Assembly (NCBI GenBank): GCA_963736115.1
Contig: CAVTNR010000005.1
Coordinates: forward strand, 1 to 64,000
Length of the DNA: 64,000 nucleotides
Origin: an uncultured bacterium
GTDB lineage: Bacteria > Zhuqueibacterota > QNDG01 > DTFT01
Reading direction: 5' to 3'
Within the stretch, counting starts at the first letter, position 1; each line of letters starts with the position of its first letter. Shown one piece after another: positions 60,865 to 64,000 of the stretch. A model generated the notes under the pieces. The model saw nothing but the letters and a program-made list of their open reading frames with translations. It had not been told where the DNA came from and made no database searches. The position numbers and the translations under genes were made by a program.

Positions 60865-61569
60865 ATGAAAAAATCGCTGATGATCACCATCTGTCTCGCG
60901 GCCGCGGGCGCCTGCTTCAGCCAGCAGATCGGTTTCTCGCTCGGACCGGCCGTGTTCAGGCCGGAAGGCGGAACGGCGCTCTCTAACGCGCCGACACCGG
61001 TGAACGCCTGCGGTCTGCTCCGCTTCAGGCTGGCCGAGGACCTGCTGCTCCAGGTGTCCGGCGGTTACGGCGTGAACAGCCGGTACTACGAGACGAATTC
61101 GCTCATGATGGGGGGACCCTACAGAACGGAAACCCGCATTTCCGGATTTCCGGCGGAAATCGAATTGTCGGCCTCCAAGCCGCTCGTCATCCTGAGCAGT
61201 CTCAGGCCCTGCATCGGGCTGGGCGCCGGTTATTACCGCTACACGTGCGCGGCATCGACCCGGACGGCCGTCGCGGAATACGAAACCGAAGCGGACATCA
61301 CCGGCTTTGCGCAGTATTTCACGGCCGGATGCGATTTCCGTCTCGGGAAACGCGTGATCGTTTTCGCCCGCGCGAGGAAAATCGGATTCAGCGGCCTGAA
61401 GGTGAAGGGCGAGGATCCGTACGAGAACACGCTGGGAGAACCGGCGTACGCGAAATACGAAACATCCCTCTCCACGGACCCTGGATCAGGGGACCTGTCC
61501 CTGGCGGTCGGCGTCCTGTTCGATCTGAATCCCGGCAGGTCCTGGTCCATCTCGGGTGAACGGGACTGA
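60865..61569 (+). CDS. Small outer-membrane beta-barrel protein
   Basis: Signal peptide, GGAGGA RBS, PCIGLGAGYY, amphipathic strands. Confidence 0.7.
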   Translation: MKKSLMITICLAAAGACFSQQIGFSLGPAVFRPEGGTALSNAPTPVNACGLLRFRLAEDLLLQVSGGYGVNSRYYETNSLMMGGPYRTETRISGFPAEIELSASKPLVILSSLRPCIGLGAGYYRYTCAASTRTAVAEYETEADITGFAQYFTAGCDFRLGKRVIVFARARKIGFSGLKVKGEDPYENTLGEPAYAKYETSLSTDPGSGDLSLAVGVLFDLNPGRSWSISGERD

Positions 61570-61685
61570 GAACGAACAAACCGCCCGAAATCCAGGATCA
61601 CGAGGTTCAGTATCACGGCTCCGGATCAACTCGGACCATCCGCTTCAAGATGCGGGATTTATTTCTTATCAAGAGAGGAAATCGA

Positions 61686-61883
61686 ATGGCTGTATCAGGC
61701 AAGACCCTCAGACGCTCCAAGGACCGCTGGATAGCGGGTGTATGCGGCGGATTGGCGGAGTATTTCGCATGGCCCGCGGACCGGGTCCGGATCCTGTATG
61801 TTCTGGTTTCAGTGATCAGCGCCGCATTTCCCGGAATACTGGTCTATCTCCTGCTCTGGTTCGTCATGCCGGACGCGGACTGA
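61686..61883 (+). CDS. PspC domain protein
   Basis: LRRSKDRWIAGVCGGLAEYF...YLLLWFVMP. Confidence 0.92.
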   Translation: MAVSGKTLRRSKDRWIAGVCGGLAEYFAWPADRVRILYVLVSVISAAFPGILVYLLLWFVMPDAD

Positions 61884-62062
61884 TCAGTCCAATTTCTTGT
61901 TTATATGTGGGTTGCCCTGTTTTTTCGGAATCCCGTCGTAATCCGCATTTTCCTTTTCCATCAAGGGAAATATCATTTGCTTTTTGCCCGACCGATGTAT
62001 AAATTGATCGGATTTTGGTCTTGTGCCGGTCCCTCCCGCCACGCGACAGAATGAAAGGCCCC

Positions 62063-62686
62063 ATGTTCAGGAAACTGCTTCCCCGCGAATACAGCTTCTT
62101 CGATTTTTTCGAAGAACACAGCCGGATCGCCATCCGGACCTGCCGTGAGCTCCTGGAACTGACTTCCGGCAAGGGCGACATGTCCGAACACATCCAACGC
62201 ATCAAGGATCTGGAACACGACGCGGACAAGGTCACCAACCAGTGCATCGAGGCCCTCCAGAAGACCTTCATCACGCCCATCGAGCGAACCGACATCCACC
62301 AGCTCATCAAACAGCTCGACGACATCATCGACATCGTCAATGCCTCGGCCTACCGCTTTCAGCTCTATGAGCTCCGCGAGATGCGGCCCGAAGCGCGGGA
62401 GATGGCGCATATCCTGGTGCTGGCCTCCGGCGAAATCGAAGGCGCGCTCAAGGCGCTCCGCAACATGAAGAACGTCAAGGTGCTGAAGGAGCGCTGTCAG
62501 GCCATCTACGACCTGGAAAACCAGGGGGACGAGGTCGTCCGGTCCGCGCTGAGCCGGCTGATCCAGGAGGACCAGCCCATGGTCTTCATCAAGTGGAAGG
62601 AAATCTTCGAGCGTCTCGAGAAGGCGATCAACCGCTGCAAGCACGTCGCGGACCTGATCGAAGAAATCGTCATTGCCTCCACGTGA
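62063..62686 (+). CDS. DUF47 phosphate transport regulator
   Basis: LEHDAD, TFITPIERTDI, LENQGD, IKWKEIFE; precedes pit. Confidence 0.92.
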   Translation: MFRKLLPREYSFFDFFEEHSRIAIRTCRELLELTSGKGDMSEHIQRIKDLEHDADKVTNQCIEALQKTFITPIERTDIHQLIKQLDDIIDIVNASAYRFQLYELREMRPEAREMAHILVLASGEIEGALKALRNMKNVKVLKERCQAIYDLENQGDEVVRSALSRLIQEDQPMVFIKWKEIFERLEKAINRCKHVADLIEEIVIAST

Positions 62687-62719
62687 GGCATTTTTTTTAA
62701 TCCCGTCAGGAAACCCCGC

Positions 62720-63748
62720 ATGATCTCCACCGTCTGGATTGCCGTCATCGTCACCATCGCCATCGCGCTTCTGTTCGATGTGATCAACGGTTTTCATGAC
62801 GCGGCCAATTCCATCGCCACCGTGGTGTCGACCCGCGTGCTCTCGCCCCGTGTGGCCGTACTCTGGGCGGCCTTCTTCAATTTCATCGCCATGTTCATTT
62901 TCGCGCCGCGGGTGGCCGACACGGTCTCGAAAATCGTGAAGATCGTGCCTTCGGACCGGGACTTCATTGTCGTCGTTCTGGCCGGGCTCATCGGCGCCGT
63001 GATCTGGGACCTGATCACTTGGTGGTGGGGCCTTCCCACGAGCTCCTCCCACGCCCTGATCGGGGGATTCGCCGGAGCCGGTATCACCCACGGAGGATGG
63101 TCCTCCATCCGGTGGGACAAGATGTGGGCCACGATCCAGTTCATCCCCCTGGCTCCCCTGATCGGGATGGTGCTGGGGTTCATCATCATGGTAATCGTGT
63201 ACTGGGTATTCCGCAGATGGCGGCCCGCGGAAGTAGACCGCGTGTTCCGGAGGGGCCAGCTGGTCTCCGCGGCCCTATACTCGCTCGGCCACGGCGGAAA
63301 CGACGCGCAGAAAACCATGGGACTGATCGTGGCCCTGCTCGTCGCGGCCGGCAAATTCGATCTCGACACCCAGCTGTCCCTGACCCACTGGAACACCGCC
63401 TGGATCGTCCTGTCCTGCCATGCGGCCATGGCCTTCGGCACGGCCATCGGCGGCTGGCGCATTGTGAAGACCATGGGACAGAAACTGACCAAGCTGAAAC
63501 CGGTGCACGGATTCTGCGCCGAGACCGCGGGCGCCGTCACCATTTTCGCGGCCACCCACATGGGCATTCCCGTATCCACGACGCATACTATTTCCGGGGC
63601 CATCGTCGGAGTCGGGTCCACGCACAGCCGGTCGAGCGTCCGATGGGCCGTGGCACTGAACATCGTGGTGGCCTGGGTGATCACAATCCCCATCGCCGCT
63701 CTGATTTCAGCCGGCGCGTATGAAGCGCTGAGCCGGCTGATCCGCTGA
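62720..63748 (+). CDS. pit: Inorganic phosphate transporter (PiT family)
   Basis: NGFHDAANSIATVVSTR, GGNDAQKTMG, PVSTTH. Confidence 0.95.
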   Translation: MISTVWIAVIVTIAIALLFDVINGFHDAANSIATVVSTRVLSPRVAVLWAAFFNFIAMFIFAPRVADTVSKIVKIVPSDRDFIVVVLAGLIGAVIWDLITWWWGLPTSSSHALIGGFAGAGITHGGWSSIRWDKMWATIQFIPLAPLIGMVLGFIIMVIVYWVFRRWRPAEVDRVFRRGQLVSAALYSLGHGGNDAQKTMGLIVALLVAAGKFDLDTQLSLTHWNTAWIVLSCHAAMAFGTAIGGWRIVKTMGQKLTKLKPVHGFCAETAGAVTIFAATHMGIPVSTTHTISGAIVGVGSTHSRSSVRWAVALNIVVAWVITIPIAALISAGAYEALSRLIR

Positions 63749-63782
63749 CGAAAACAGAGACCTGAAAGGTCTTCATTAAAGA

Positions 63783-63930
63783 AAGTTCATAGTTCATGGT
63801 TCATAGTTCTGAAAGCGTTAAAATTCAGTTCAGAGTCTGAAAAAAAAAGCCGCAAGGTTCTGCTTGCGGCTTGTTTTTTTGGGGAGGGGGGGCGGGGAAC
63901 TATGAACTATGAACCATGAACAATGAACTT
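63783..63930. repeat. Inverted heptamer arrays enclosing a terminator
   Basis: AAGTTCA TAGTTCA TGGTTCA TAGTTCT ... GGAACTA TGAACTA TGAACCA TGAACAA TGAACTT. Confidence 0.9.
63841..63880. terminator. Bidirectional intrinsic terminator
   Basis: A8-GCCGCAAG-gttctg-CTTGCGGC-TTGTTTTTTT. Confidence 0.75.
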
Positions 63931-63933
63931 TTC

Positions 63934-64000
63934 TTACCGTGCCGGCTGCCAGGTTTGTTCCTCCGCGTCCATATCCTTCGAGGATGAGACGACCGGACCC
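63934..64000 (-). CDS. Possible 3' end of a gene entering from the right edge
   Basis: Open frame ...SSKDMDAEEQTWQPAR* ending just before the repeat and terminator. Confidence 0.35.
   Translation of the reverse strand, partial: GPVVSSSKDMDAEEQTWQPAR

Overview
GC-rich bacterial chromosomal window, mostly housekeeping and envelope genes. A DUF4835/PorV-like/HhH outer-membrane cluster, a FlgD/T9SS-like Ig protein and a short sigma70 suggest an FCB-group organism such as KSB1 (inference). Contents: ltaE (partial), beta-CASP MBL hydrolase, tetR-tolC-nitroreductase-MFP-RND efflux operon, dipeptidase, yggS, tricorn protease, DksA-type zinc finger, degenerate sulfate adenylyltransferase, HisKA_2 kinase/receiver cluster, short Rho, fused CcsBA, sigma70, a tail-fibre/adhesin gene with an internal TAA, five tRNAs (Glu, His, Gly, Cys, Leu), three radical SAM genes, galK, fused ECF ATPase, waaA, waaF-like, apbE, an AmmeMemoRadiSam cluster, nfeD/slipin, GH30, 6S RNA, comM/yifB and pit. 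No integrase, transposase or CRISPR array was seen. Most notable: (1) a small palindromic TTGAA...TTCAA element inserted in frame in the GH30 gene, with a decayed relative forming the ECF ATPase linker; (2) an apparently exported AmmeMemoRadiSam system (Tat-signal radical SAM) beside a flavinylation-motif protein and ApbE; (3) a family of inverted heptamer arrays and nested GTAG-type REP elements; (4) a Sat pseudo-enzyme; (5) a circularly permuted FlgD/CTD-type lipoprotein. Several single-base frameshifts, mostly in homopolymers, probably reflect sequencing error. All calls come from reading the sequence; no searches were run.
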